DNA of 64,000 nucleotides from Gammaproteobacteria bacterium (GTDB lineage Bacteria; Pseudomonadota; Gammaproteobacteria; Pseudomonadales; Azotimanducaceae): NCBI GenBank assembly GCA_026706665.1, contig JAPOYI010000114.1, positions 7,268 to 71,267 of the forward strand, read 5' to 3'. Shown piece by piece: positions 17,803 to 27,525 of this stretch (position 1 is its first letter; each line of letters starts with the position of its first letter). The notes under the pieces were generated by a model. It saw only the letters and a program-made list of their open reading frames with translations, ran no database searches and was not told where the DNA came from. The position numbers and the translations under genes were made by a program.

Positions 17803-20751
17803 ATGCCCATGCACCCTATTCATCGCCGCTACTACGCCGAAGATCTCGTCCGTCAGCGTAGGGCGGGCGAACGCCGCCGGCAGGTGTCATCCCAGAGACG
17901 CGGGCGCGTGGACCCGAATCCCCACCAGATCGACGCGGTGATGTTCGCCCTGCGGCGGATTCCGGAGGGCGGCTGCATCCTCGCGGACGAAGTCGGACTC
18001 GGCAAGACGATCGAGGCGGGCCTGGTGATCGCCCAGCTCCTGGCCGAGGGCGCGACGCGCATCCTCATTGTGGTTCCGCGGCCGCTCCTGGGCCAGTGGC
18101 AGGCGGAGCTTGTCGACCTGTTCGACATCGAGGCGCTAGAGGCCGCTGATCCGTCGGTCGATACCCTGGGGCCTGGCGTCTTTCTCGCGGGGCGCGAGTA
18201 CGCCGGCGGCGAGACGGGAGCATCGCGCCTCGGTGCCGCGCCCTGGGACCTCTGCCTGATCGATGAGGCGCACGAAGTCTTCGCCGGAATTCACCGCCGG
18301 TACGACCGGGCCGGCATCTACGACGAAGAGAGCCCGCAGGCGCTCCTGGCGCACCGGGTCCGCCGGGTGATCGGCGCATCGCCCGTGCTGCTCTTGACGG
18401 CGACACCGATCCAGAACTCCCTGCGCGAACTCTGGGGACTCGTCCAGTACGTCGATCCGAGCGGCACGCTGCTGGGGGACAAGCCCGTGTTCGAGGGTGT
18501 TTTCTGCGCCGACGACGGCCGCGGCGTCGCCGCTCACCAGTCCGAGGAACTGAGGCAGCGGCTCGCCACCGTGGTTCAGCGCACGCTCCGTCGGCAGGCT
18601 CAGGAGTTCCTGGACCGCCCCTTCGTCGGGCGACGGGCGCAGCTCTTCGAGTACCGAATGAGCCCGGACGAGCGGGCGCTCTATGACGACGTCACCGACT
18701 ACCTGCTGTCGCCAACCCTGCATGCCTTCAAGGGGGCCGCCCGGCAGTTGCTCCTGCTCGGTTTTCATCGTCGCATGGCTTCGTCGATCCCGGCGCTGGC
18801 CGAGAGTCTTGACCGGGTCGCGTCCAGGTTGCGCGGAATGCTCGGGGATGCCGATGCCGGCGAGACGGCCGCGGCGGATTTCGTGCGCGACCTCGAGGAA
18901 GAGGACGATATCGACGAGGGCGGGGCCGGGATGACTGCGGTCCCGATGCCGCCGCCCGCGCTTGAGGCGGCCGCGGTCCGGAGCGAACTCGAACGGGTCG
19001 AGGACTTCGTCCGGCGCGCCCGCGCGCTGCCGCGGGACAGCAAGGCGGCGAGCCTCGTCCAGGCCGTGCGCATGGTCCTGGATCGACCGGTGGACCGGCG
19101 CAAGGTCGTGATCTTCACCGAGTCCCTGACGACCCAGGACTACCTGCGCGAACTCCTTCTCGAGCAGACGGAGCTTCGCGACGATGACATCACGCTGTTC
19201 CGGGGCAACAACGACTCGCCGCGGGCCCGGGCAGCCCTCGATGGGTGGCGCGCCGCCAACGGCCACGGCGCTCGGGCGCCGAGCGCATCGGTGGCCGTGC
19301 GCCTTGCGCTCGTCGACGAGTTCCGGCATCGCTCCACCGTCATGATCTCGTCGGAAGCGGGGGCGAAAGGGCTGAACCTGCAGTTCTGCGACACCGTCAT
19401 CAACTACGACCTGCCCTGGAACCCGCAGCGGATAGAGCAGCGGATCGGTCGTTGCCACCGCTACGGGCAGAAGCGAGATGTCACCGTCATCAACTTTCTC
19501 GCCCGAGATAACCAGGCGCAACGGCTTACGTTCGACATCCTCAGCACGAAGCTCGACCTGTTCGGCGATGTCCTCGACATGTCCGACGTCGTGCTGCAGA
19601 CGCCGCGGTCCGACGCCTCCCAGGAGCTGGTCTCGGCGCTGGGCCCGGATTTCGAGGGCGAACTCCGCCGAATCTGGGAGCGGGCGCGCTCGGTGGCGGA
19701 GGTGGAAGAGGAACTGCGCCGCCTCGGCGAGTCGATGGAAGGTCGCAGGCTCGCACTCGAGCGCGTCCGGGAGCGCACCGTCGGCCTCATCGAGACCAGC
19801 CTCGATAATTCGGTGCGTGACGTGTTCCGGCGCATCCGGACTGACCTCAGGGCGGAACTCGCCACCTTCGACGCGGAACTCGAGCGCATGCTCACGGCGT
19901 ACCTGGACGCGGCCGAGGTGCCGTGGAGCGCCGACAAGCGTGACGAACGGCGGGTTGTCCATATCGGTGCCTCCGCCCGCTTGCCCGCGGCCGTCGCCGG
20001 TGGAGTGTCAGTGAGCGTGGGCGGCAGCGCCGGCAAAGGCCTCGACACTCTTCATCTCTCCCATCCGCTCATCGCCGCGGCTGTTGCCGAGGCGCGCGCC
20101 ACGGGCGCCGATTTTCGGGTGCGATTCGACCTTGGCCCCAATGCCCCGGCTGCGCTGCGGGAACGCAGAGGCCGCCGCGGGCGCCTGGCGCTGACGCGGA
20201 TTGCGCACCGCGGGTACGAGCGGGAGGACCGGCTGCGGGTGACAGCGGTGTTCGAGGACGCCGAGGTGCTGCGCCCCGCGGACGCCGCGCTCGATCTCAT
20301 CCGCCAACCATGCGCGGACGCGCCGCCCTTCGATCCGCCGCTGCTCGTGACCGCGGAGGACCTCGAGGAAGTCGTGGAGGAGGAGCTGTTCTTCGATCGC
20401 CACGAACTGGCGGGCGCGGACGAGTCGAACTTTCGTGACACGATGGACCAGCTCGACCGGTACCTCGCGGACCGGACGCTGGTGCTCCGCCGCGCGCGCG
20501 AACGACAACAGCAACGACTCGTGGCGGCGGAGAGTGCCCGCGACCGGGCGATGGGCGCCGAACAGCGGGGCCGGACCGACAACCAGGTTCGCAATGCGGA
20601 GATCGAACTCGAGCGCATCGACCGGCAAATCGGCGCACTCGAGGCGAAGAGCGACGACACCTACGAACGCGCCCGCCAACAGGCGCACCGCCGGCGGTAT
20701 GCCGCGCCCACGGTCGAACGCCTGCTGGTTGCCGCATTCGAGATCGCGTGA
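17803..20751 (+). CDS. SNF2 family helicase with about 400-aa uncharacterised C-terminal extension
   Basis: Motif I ILADEVGLGKT, motif II LIDEAH, motif III LLLTATPIQN, helicase-C SSEAGAKGLNLQ and QRIGRCHRYGQ. The C-terminal third is charged and helical. Confidence 0.9.
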   Translation: MPMHPIHRRYYAEDLVRQRRAGERRRQVSSQRRGRVDPNPHQIDAVMFALRRIPEGGCILADEVGLGKTIEAGLVIAQLLAEGATRILIVVPRPLLGQWQAELVDLFDIEALEAADPSVDTLGPGVFLAGREYAGGETGASRLGAAPWDLCLIDEAHEVFAGIHRRYDRAGIYDEESPQALLAHRVRRVIGASPVLLLTATPIQNSLRELWGLVQYVDPSGTLLGDKPVFEGVFCADDGRGVAAHQSEELRQRLATVVQRTLRRQAQEFLDRPFVGRRAQLFEYRMSPDERALYDDVTDYLLSPTLHAFKGAARQLLLLGFHRRMASSIPALAESLDRVASRLRGMLGDADAGETAAADFVRDLEEEDDIDEGGAGMTAVPMPPPALEAAAVRSELERVEDFVRRARALPRDSKAASLVQAVRMVLDRPVDRRKVVIFTESLTTQDYLRELLLEQTELRDDDITLFRGNNDSPRARAALDGWRAANGHGARAPSASVAVRLALVDEFRHRSTVMISSEAGAKGLNLQFCDTVINYDLPWNPQRIEQRIGRCHRYGQKRDVTVINFLARDNQAQRLTFDILSTKLDLFGDVLDMSDVVLQTPRSDASQELVSALGPDFEGELRRIWERARSVAEVEEELRRLGESMEGRRLALERVRERTVGLIETSLDNSVRDVFRRIRTDLRAELATFDAELERMLTAYLDAAEVPWSADKRDERRVVHIGASARLPAAVAGGVSVSVGGSAGKGLDTLHLSHPLIAAAVAEARATGADFRVRFDLGPNAPAALRERRGRRGRLALTRIAHRGYEREDRLRVTAVFEDAEVLRPADAALDLIRQPCADAPPFDPPLLVTAEDLEEVVEEELFFDRHELAGADESNFRDTMDQLDRYLADRTLVLRRARERQQQRLVAAESARDRAMGAEQRGRTDNQVRNAEIELERIDRQIGALEAKSDDTYERARQQAHRRRYAAPTVERLLVAAFEIA

Positions 20752-21917
20752 CCGGCCCTGCACCCGCAAAGGAGGACGACGTGGCGCTGACACTGCTACA
20801 CACCGCCGACTGGCACCTCGGGCGCCGTTTCCCCGCCTTCGAGCACGAGCAGGAACAGGAGCTGACCCGGGCGCGGCTCGATGCGGTCGGACGGATACTG
20901 GACCTCGCGGAAAGCCGTAACGTGGACGCCGTGCTCTGCGCGGGCGATCTCTTCGACGAGCCATCGCCCGACGAGTCCTGGTGGGGCGGCGCGCTGCGCG
21001 AGTTCACGCGCCGCGACTGGACCCGCCCGGTGATCCTGCTGCCGGGCAACCACGACCCGCTGACGCCGAACTCGCTATACGACGCCTCGCACCAGTTCCG
21101 CGCCGGCCTGCCGGCGTATGTTCGCGTTGTGGACCGCAAGGGCTGGGAGTTGTCCTTGGGCGACAACGCCGTGGTGATTGCCAACCCATGCATGTCGCGG
21201 GCGGGGCAGACCGACCTCGCCGCTTCCCTGCCGGAGCGCGAGGAGGGCGACGACCGCATTCGGATCGGGCTTGCGCACGGTTCGACCTTCGACATGGACG
21301 GTCACCAGGCGAACTTCCCCATCGCCAGGGGGGCCGCGTTGGATCGTGGCCTCGACTACCTCGCGATCGGCGATACCCACGCGTTCCGCGAGGTCGAGCC
21401 GGACGCCGCGGCGCCCACCGTGTACCCGGGCGCACCCGAAGCGACGAACTTTGGCGAACGTGACACGGGCAACGTCGCCCTCGTGTTCTTTCCGCGTGAT
21501 CGACGCCGGCGCGCCATGGTCCGTCCCGAGCCCGTCGGACGCTGGACCTGGCGAGAGGAGACCTGCACGTCGGTGCCGGCCTTGAGGGCACTCCTCACCG
21601 ATCCGCAACTTCGTCGCACCGTGTTGCGCCTCGTTCTCGACATGGAGGTGCCGATGGCGGAGTACGACGAGGCGGAGCGCCTGATCGGTGAACTGTCCGG
21701 CTCCATGGCCGCGAGCCCGCGCGTGGGCGTCCTGACGGTGAACCGCGAGCAGTTCCGGCTGGCGGCGGACGCACCCATCGAGTTCGGGGCGAACCTGCCC
21801 GAGGCGGTCCGCTCCACCGTCGCGCGCCTCCGGGCGAGGGCGGAGACGGAACCGGAAGTCGCCGGACGCGCCCTGCATCACCTCTACCGTCTCGTGAAGG
21901 AAACGGAAGCGGCCTGA
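20748..21917 (+). CDS. metallophosphoesterase, SbcD/Mre11-like nuclease
   Basis: The GTG start overlaps the SNF2 stop (GTGA). Phosphoesterase motifs are HTADWHLG, CAGDLFD, LPGNHD, GLAHG and IGDTHA. Confidence 0.85.
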   Translation: MTGPAPAKEDDVALTLLHTADWHLGRRFPAFEHEQEQELTRARLDAVGRILDLAESRNVDAVLCAGDLFDEPSPDESWWGGALREFTRRDWTRPVILLPGNHDPLTPNSLYDASHQFRAGLPAYVRVVDRKGWELSLGDNAVVIANPCMSRAGQTDLAASLPEREEGDDRIRIGLAHGSTFDMDGHQANFPIARGAALDRGLDYLAIGDTHAFREVEPDAAAPTVYPGAPEATNFGERDTGNVALVFFPRDRRRRAMVRPEPVGRWTWREETCTSVPALRALLTDPQLRRTVLRLVLDMEVPMAEYDEAERLIGELSGSMAASPRVGVLTVNREQFRLAADAPIEFGANLPEAVRSTVARLRARAETEPEVAGRALHHLYRLVKETEAA

Positions 21918-21920
21918 GCC

Positions 21921-24900
21921 ATGTGGATCCGCCGCATCGAGGTTCGCCACTGCGCGGGGATCGCCGAGGGGGCGGTGGACCTGCAGCGGGGCTTCAACGT
22001 CCTGCACGGTCCCAACGAGCTCGGCAAGTCGACGCTGGTGACGGCCCTGCGCGCGGCGTTCCTGTTGCCCGCCCGATCTTCCCTGGCGAGCGGCCTGCAG
22101 GACTGGAATGCCCAGGAGCCGCCCGAGGTGAGCGTCACATTCGAGGACGACGATGGCCGGGTGTGGCGGGTCCGCAAGATCTTCTCCGCCAGCGGCGGCA
22201 AGGCGTTCCTCGACGCCTCGCGCGACGGGGAGCACTTCGACACCGACGCGCGCGGCCGCGAGGTCGACGGGAAACTGCAGGAGATCCTGCGTTGGGGCAT
22301 CGAGGCGCCTGGCGGTCGAGGCCGTCGCGGCATGCCATCGTCCCTCATCACGACGGCGCTGCTGCCCGATCAAGGCGACGTCGAGGCGATCCTCGGTCGA
22401 AGCCTCGCCGACGACGCCGACGAGTCCGGTCGCGATCGCCTGACCGAGGCCCTGCACGCACTCGCCGAGGACCCCCGGCTCAAGCAGATCGTCGATGTCG
22501 TCCAGGCGCGGGTCGACGAGGCGTTCACGCCCACCGGACGAAAGCGCGGGGGCCGGGGGTCGCCGTGGCGGGGTCTGGTGGACGAACGCCGGCGGGCCGA
22601 AGATTGGGAGCGGGAGGTTCGCCGTCAGTCCGACGAGACCGCGCGCGTCAGGACACGCATCGAAGAGGTCAGTGGGCAACTGCGCCACGGCCGGGCGGAG
22701 CGCGACCGACTCCGAGAGGGCATCGCCCGGAACGATGCCCGGGTCGCCGCCGAGATGGCATTCGATGAGGCCGAGGAGCAGTTCGTGGCGGCCGAGGCGA
22801 CCATCGGCCAGCTCCGGACGAACGAGAAAGCGGTTGCCGACGCGAACGACAGGCTTCGGTCCTTGGCGACGAAGCGCAAGGAGTTCGCCGAGACGCTGGC
22901 CGACACGGACACTCGCGTGGAAACGGCGCGAGCGAATCTGCACGAACTGGAGTCGGACGATGCGGAACAACGGCGCCGGCTGCGGGAACAGGAACGCGAG
23001 AACGCCCGCCTGGAGTTGCAGCAGCAGCTGGCGGCACACGCGAGACGCGTCGAGCAGGCTGCCGAGATCCGCGACCTCGGGACGGTGATCGAGGCGGGTG
23101 CGAGGGACATCGAACGAGTCGAAGCGAAGCTCGCCGAGAAGCGCGACCTGCTCGAAAAGGCCGCGGCAGCCAACGCGCGGGACGAGGAGAAGATCGAAGC
23201 CCTGCGACTCGAACGGCGGGTGGGCCGGTACCGGACTGCCGCGGCCTCGACGGACGCGCTGGAGAAGCAACGGGCCGATACGCTGGAACTCGCGCGGCGG
23301 GCGACGGAAGGCGAAGCGCAGGCCGCGGCCCTGCGTGACGAGGCCAACTCCCTCAATGCGCCGGACGAAGCGGAACTCGACCGTCTGCGCACTGCGGAAG
23401 AGGACGCCCGTCTCGCTGCGGCGAAGCTCTCGGTCGGACTCACGGCGCAGCTGACGCTGGAAACCGCTATCGAGACGGCGGTGGACGTGGATGGGGACGC
23501 GCGGACGCTGACGCCGGAGGCCGGTACGGCGACCGAGTTCGAGGCCGAACGAGAACTCGCCATCGAGCTGTCCGGCGTGGCGACGCTCCGCGTGCGCGGG
23601 GGCGGCCGTGACCTCGTGGAGGAGGCGGCTGAGGCCGGGGCGCGGTGGAAGGCCGCTTCGAGTCCCGTATTCTCCCGCACCGGCTGCAGCACCCTCGACG
23701 AACTCGTCGCCCTGCGCCAGCGCGCCGAGGGGCTTCGGTCTGAGGCCCACGAGCTTTCCCGCGAAGCGGAAGCGGCCGGGCTTCGCGCGGAGGGGCGTAA
23801 CGACATCGAGCGACGGCTCGCCACGGCTCGGGCAGAGCGGGACCGGCACGCCGGTGACCTCGCGACGCGCCGGGACGAGGGACAGACGGTTGAAGAGCTG
23901 GTCGCGACGTTTGACGCTGCCCTCGACCAGGCCGCGCTCGGCAACGATATCGAGAACCTGCAAGAGGGCCTCCAGGAACGCCGGTCGCTGGCCGAGCGGA
24001 TGGCGGTCGAGATCGACGGCGATGCGCGCGAACTGGAGGACAAGCGAGCCCGCCGGGAAGAGCAGGAAGCACAGCTCGCTGGGCGGTCGGCGGCGCTGGA
24101 GGACTGGAAGGCCGTCCTGGAACGCGCCGAAGAGGAGAGAGGGCGTCTTGATCGCGAACTCGATGCCGTCCATGCACAACTCGGGGAACTGCGTGCTGAA
24201 ATCGCGGACGAGGTAGGGGAGGCCCGGAGCACTCTGAACGGACTGACGGAGACCCAGACGCAGCAGCAGACGGCGCTCGAGCAGGCTGATGGGGCGCTCG
24301 GCAAGGCGCGGACGGAACTGGCTCGGCTGGAGGGCGAGACTCCGATTCTCATTGAGAATGCGAAGAGTCTCGACCTGGATGCTCTGCGCGCCGCCCGTGA
24401 CGAAGCGCGGGAGGCGCTTTCGGCATTGCCGCCACTGGGTCCAGAAGGCGCGGACACCGCCGCCACGCGCGAAGAGGCCGAACTCGCCGATCGCAGGATC
24501 CGGGAACTCGAGGCAGAGCTACGCAAGGCCGAGGGCGCCCTTGAGCAGACCGGCGGTCAGCAACTCGACGAGCAGCGCGAACAGGCACGGGAGGCGTCGG
24601 ACGCCCTGGCAAGGCGCGAGCAGGAACTCGAACTCGACTACCAGGCCTGGCAACTGCTCCAGCAGACCTTGAGCGAGGCGGAGCGCGAAGGCGCCGCGCA
24701 TCTCGGCAGCGCCTTGGTCCAGCCGGTCAGCCAGCGGATCGCCAGTCTCACCGCTGGCCGCTACGGCGAGCTGGCGCTCGGGCCGCAACTCGATGCGACG
24801 GGCATCGAACTGGCCGGGTCGGAGCGGGAGTTCGGTGCGCTGTCGGTCGGAACCCGGGAGCAGATCGCGCTCGTGTTGCGAATCGCGATCGCCGAGGCCC

Positions 24901-25094
24901 TGGGGACGTTCCTGGTGCTGGACGACCAGCTCACGCAAACCGACGACACGCGCATGGACTGGACGCGCCGCCTCTTGGCAGAGGTGGCCCAGGGCGTACA
25001 GGTCATCGTCCTGACGTGTCATCCGCTCGACTATGAGGCCGAGTCTCCGGATCACGTCGTGGACTTGAGCGCGCTGCTGTCGCGTAGCGATTAG
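21921..25094 (+). CDS. AAA ATPase, SbcC/Rad50/YhaN-like with long coiled coil
   Basis: Starts 3 nt after the upstream stop. Walker A LHGPNELGKST, roughly 800 aa of E/R/A/L-rich coiled coil, signature-like LSVGTREQ, Walker B FLVLDDQLTQTD and H-loop VLTCH. No CxxC hook is present. Confidence 0.85.
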   Translation: MWIRRIEVRHCAGIAEGAVDLQRGFNVLHGPNELGKSTLVTALRAAFLLPARSSLASGLQDWNAQEPPEVSVTFEDDDGRVWRVRKIFSASGGKAFLDASRDGEHFDTDARGREVDGKLQEILRWGIEAPGGRGRRGMPSSLITTALLPDQGDVEAILGRSLADDADESGRDRLTEALHALAEDPRLKQIVDVVQARVDEAFTPTGRKRGGRGSPWRGLVDERRRAEDWEREVRRQSDETARVRTRIEEVSGQLRHGRAERDRLREGIARNDARVAAEMAFDEAEEQFVAAEATIGQLRTNEKAVADANDRLRSLATKRKEFAETLADTDTRVETARANLHELESDDAEQRRRLREQERENARLELQQQLAAHARRVEQAAEIRDLGTVIEAGARDIERVEAKLAEKRDLLEKAAAANARDEEKIEALRLERRVGRYRTAAASTDALEKQRADTLELARRATEGEAQAAALRDEANSLNAPDEAELDRLRTAEEDARLAAAKLSVGLTAQLTLETAIETAVDVDGDARTLTPEAGTATEFEAERELAIELSGVATLRVRGGGRDLVEEAAEAGARWKAASSPVFSRTGCSTLDELVALRQRAEGLRSEAHELSREAEAAGLRAEGRNDIERRLATARAERDRHAGDLATRRDEGQTVEELVATFDAALDQAALGNDIENLQEGLQERRSLAERMAVEIDGDARELEDKRARREEQEAQLAGRSAALEDWKAVLERAEEERGRLDRELDAVHAQLGELRAEIADEVGEARSTLNGLTETQTQQQTALEQADGALGKARTELARLEGETPILIENAKSLDLDALRAARDEAREALSALPPLGPEGADTAATREEAELADRRIRELEAELRKAEGALEQTGGQQLDEQREQAREASDALARREQELELDYQAWQLLQQTLSEAEREGAAHLGSALVQPVSQRIASLTAGRYGELALGPQLDATGIELAGSEREFGALSVGTREQIALVLRIAIAEALGTFLVLDDQLTQTDDTRMDWTRRLLAEVAQGVQVIVLTCHPLDYEAESPDHVVDLSALLSRSD

Positions 25095-25148
25095 GTGCCG
25101 TCCGCGCCATCCCGGTTCCTCGCGTCCCTGAATCGCCGGCGAGGCGAG

Positions 25149-25402
25149 ATGTCTCACGAGAAAACCGATGGTCAACCACATTCGCGCGCGGATCTCGATC
25201 ACATTCCAGCGCGATGCCGTGCGGCGTTTGCGAGATGGGCTTGGAACCACGGGAGCATGGTGATCGTTGGCCCGCGTTCCGTCGAATACGCGAAGGAGTG
25301 TCGCTTTGATCTTGCCAAGGTGCAGAGAAACAGGCGCGAGACCTGGTTCCTGGCCGCGGACTTTCGCTATAGTCGCGCGCTCGACCGGTTTGCGGAGCAG
25401 CC

Positions 25403-25406
<4 letters not shown>
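25149..25406 (+). CDS. hypothetical small protein (or non-coding ahcY leader)
   Basis: ORF whose stop overlaps the ahcY start (ATGA). No recognisable family. Third-position GC looks lower than in neighbouring genes. Confidence 0.2.
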
Positions 25407-26764
<1,358 letters not shown>

Positions 26765-26864
26765 GGACGCAAGCGCCGCCGCTGGCGCGAGAGCACCAGG
26801 ATGGGGTGGAACGCCAACAGGCGGCAGCGCTTTTGCCTGAAGGGCCGTGACGCCGCCCCTTGAT

Positions 26865-27086
26865 TCAGCGCTGCTGCAGCTCCCCGACGAGCTTGTCTTC
26901 GTCCGGGAAGTCGCCGGTCTCGTGTTTCGAGTAGACCAGCGCACCATCGACGTTCACGTCGAAGATGCCGCCGGCCCCCTCGATCAGGAACGCCTCGTCG
27001 CCGAACGCTTCCTTGATTTTGGCAGCCAAACTGACCGCTTTGGGCTTGTAGCCTCAGGAAGTGCAGTAGGTAATGGAAATGTCCAA
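26865..27086 (-). CDS. SelW/Rdx family selenoprotein with in-frame UGA (Sec) in a CxxU motif
   Basis: ORF 27054..27302 ends in ISITYCTS followed by TGA at 27054..27056. The same frame continues as GYKPKAVSLAAKIKEAFGDEAFLIEGAGGIFDVNVDGALVYSKHETGDFPDEDKLVGELQQR to a stop at 26865. This gives a YCTSUGYK redox motif and a GGxFxV...DG.L.YSK core. The probable start is TTG 27086, 7 nt after GAGGA. A stem-loop lies at 27024..27046, just 3' of the UGA. Confidence 0.75.
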
Positions 27087-27319
27087 CGCAATGTCCTCGC
27101 GCTTGGGAAGCAGGGACCAAGGTAACACCAGTCGGGCGCCGATGCGAGACTCCTCGAGTGCCGTTGGACGCGCATGGGCGGAAACGGCGGGGGAGTGGCG
27201 CGTTTCTCGCATCGAAATGCTGGCGAGGAACGCACGCCACGCGGTGTCGATGTCCGCTTCGCTGGCATTCCCCGATGGCGGACAATCCTTCGCTCCAATC
27301 ATTTGCCAAGGAGTTGGCC

Positions 27320-27490
27320 ATGTTCGAGTTGACAGACAATCAGGCGCTGGAAGTTAGCGGCGGTTCTCCCAGAGTCCCCTACCACTACCGCGGCCAGAGG
27401 TTCATCCCGCCTGTGATGGAGATGGAACGCACGCTTGAACCCGTGGAGTATCCCGATCCGCCGGAACCTATGCCGCAATTCGGCGGCTGA
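27320..27490 (+). CDS. 56-aa peptide with double-glycine (class II bacteriocin / PCAT-type) leader
   Basis: AAGGAG at 27308..27313 lies 6 nt before the ATG. The leader MFELTDNQALEVSGG has the 15-aa hydrophobic spacing and VSGG cleavage motif of GG-leaders. It is followed by a 41-aa Pro-rich acidic core. Confidence 0.55.
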   Translation: MFELTDNQALEVSGGSPRVPYHYRGQRFIPPVMEMERTLEPVEYPDPPEPMPQFGG

Positions 27491-27525
27491 CCGCTGGTTT
27501 CTGGCCGACTGATCGGTGCCCGACA

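Noticed and set aside
18136-24526. Very long antisense ORFs inside the SNF2 and SbcC-like genes (e.g. 18136..19962, 608 aa; 21075..24179, 1034 aa; 22625..24526, 633 aa).
   Set aside because: Their translations are Arg/Pro/Gly/Ser-rich low-complexity strings with no motifs, whereas the sense frames carry complete catalytic motif sets. They are typical shadow ORFs of high-GC DNA.
25300-25402. Possible SAH riboswitch in the ahcY leader.
   Set aside because: Segments such as GAAGGAGTGTCGCT, CAGGCGCGAG and GCGCGCTCGAC only loosely resemble the conserved riboswitch blocks as I remember them. I could not build the pseudoknotted fold by eye. This needs a covariance-model scan.
26765-26864. Possible bidirectional terminator between the convergent ahcY and SelW-like genes (CAGGC...GCCTG around 26815..26840).
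   Set aside because: The stem is only 5 bp with a 12-nt loop and the T-tract is weak. This is not convincing without a folding calculation.
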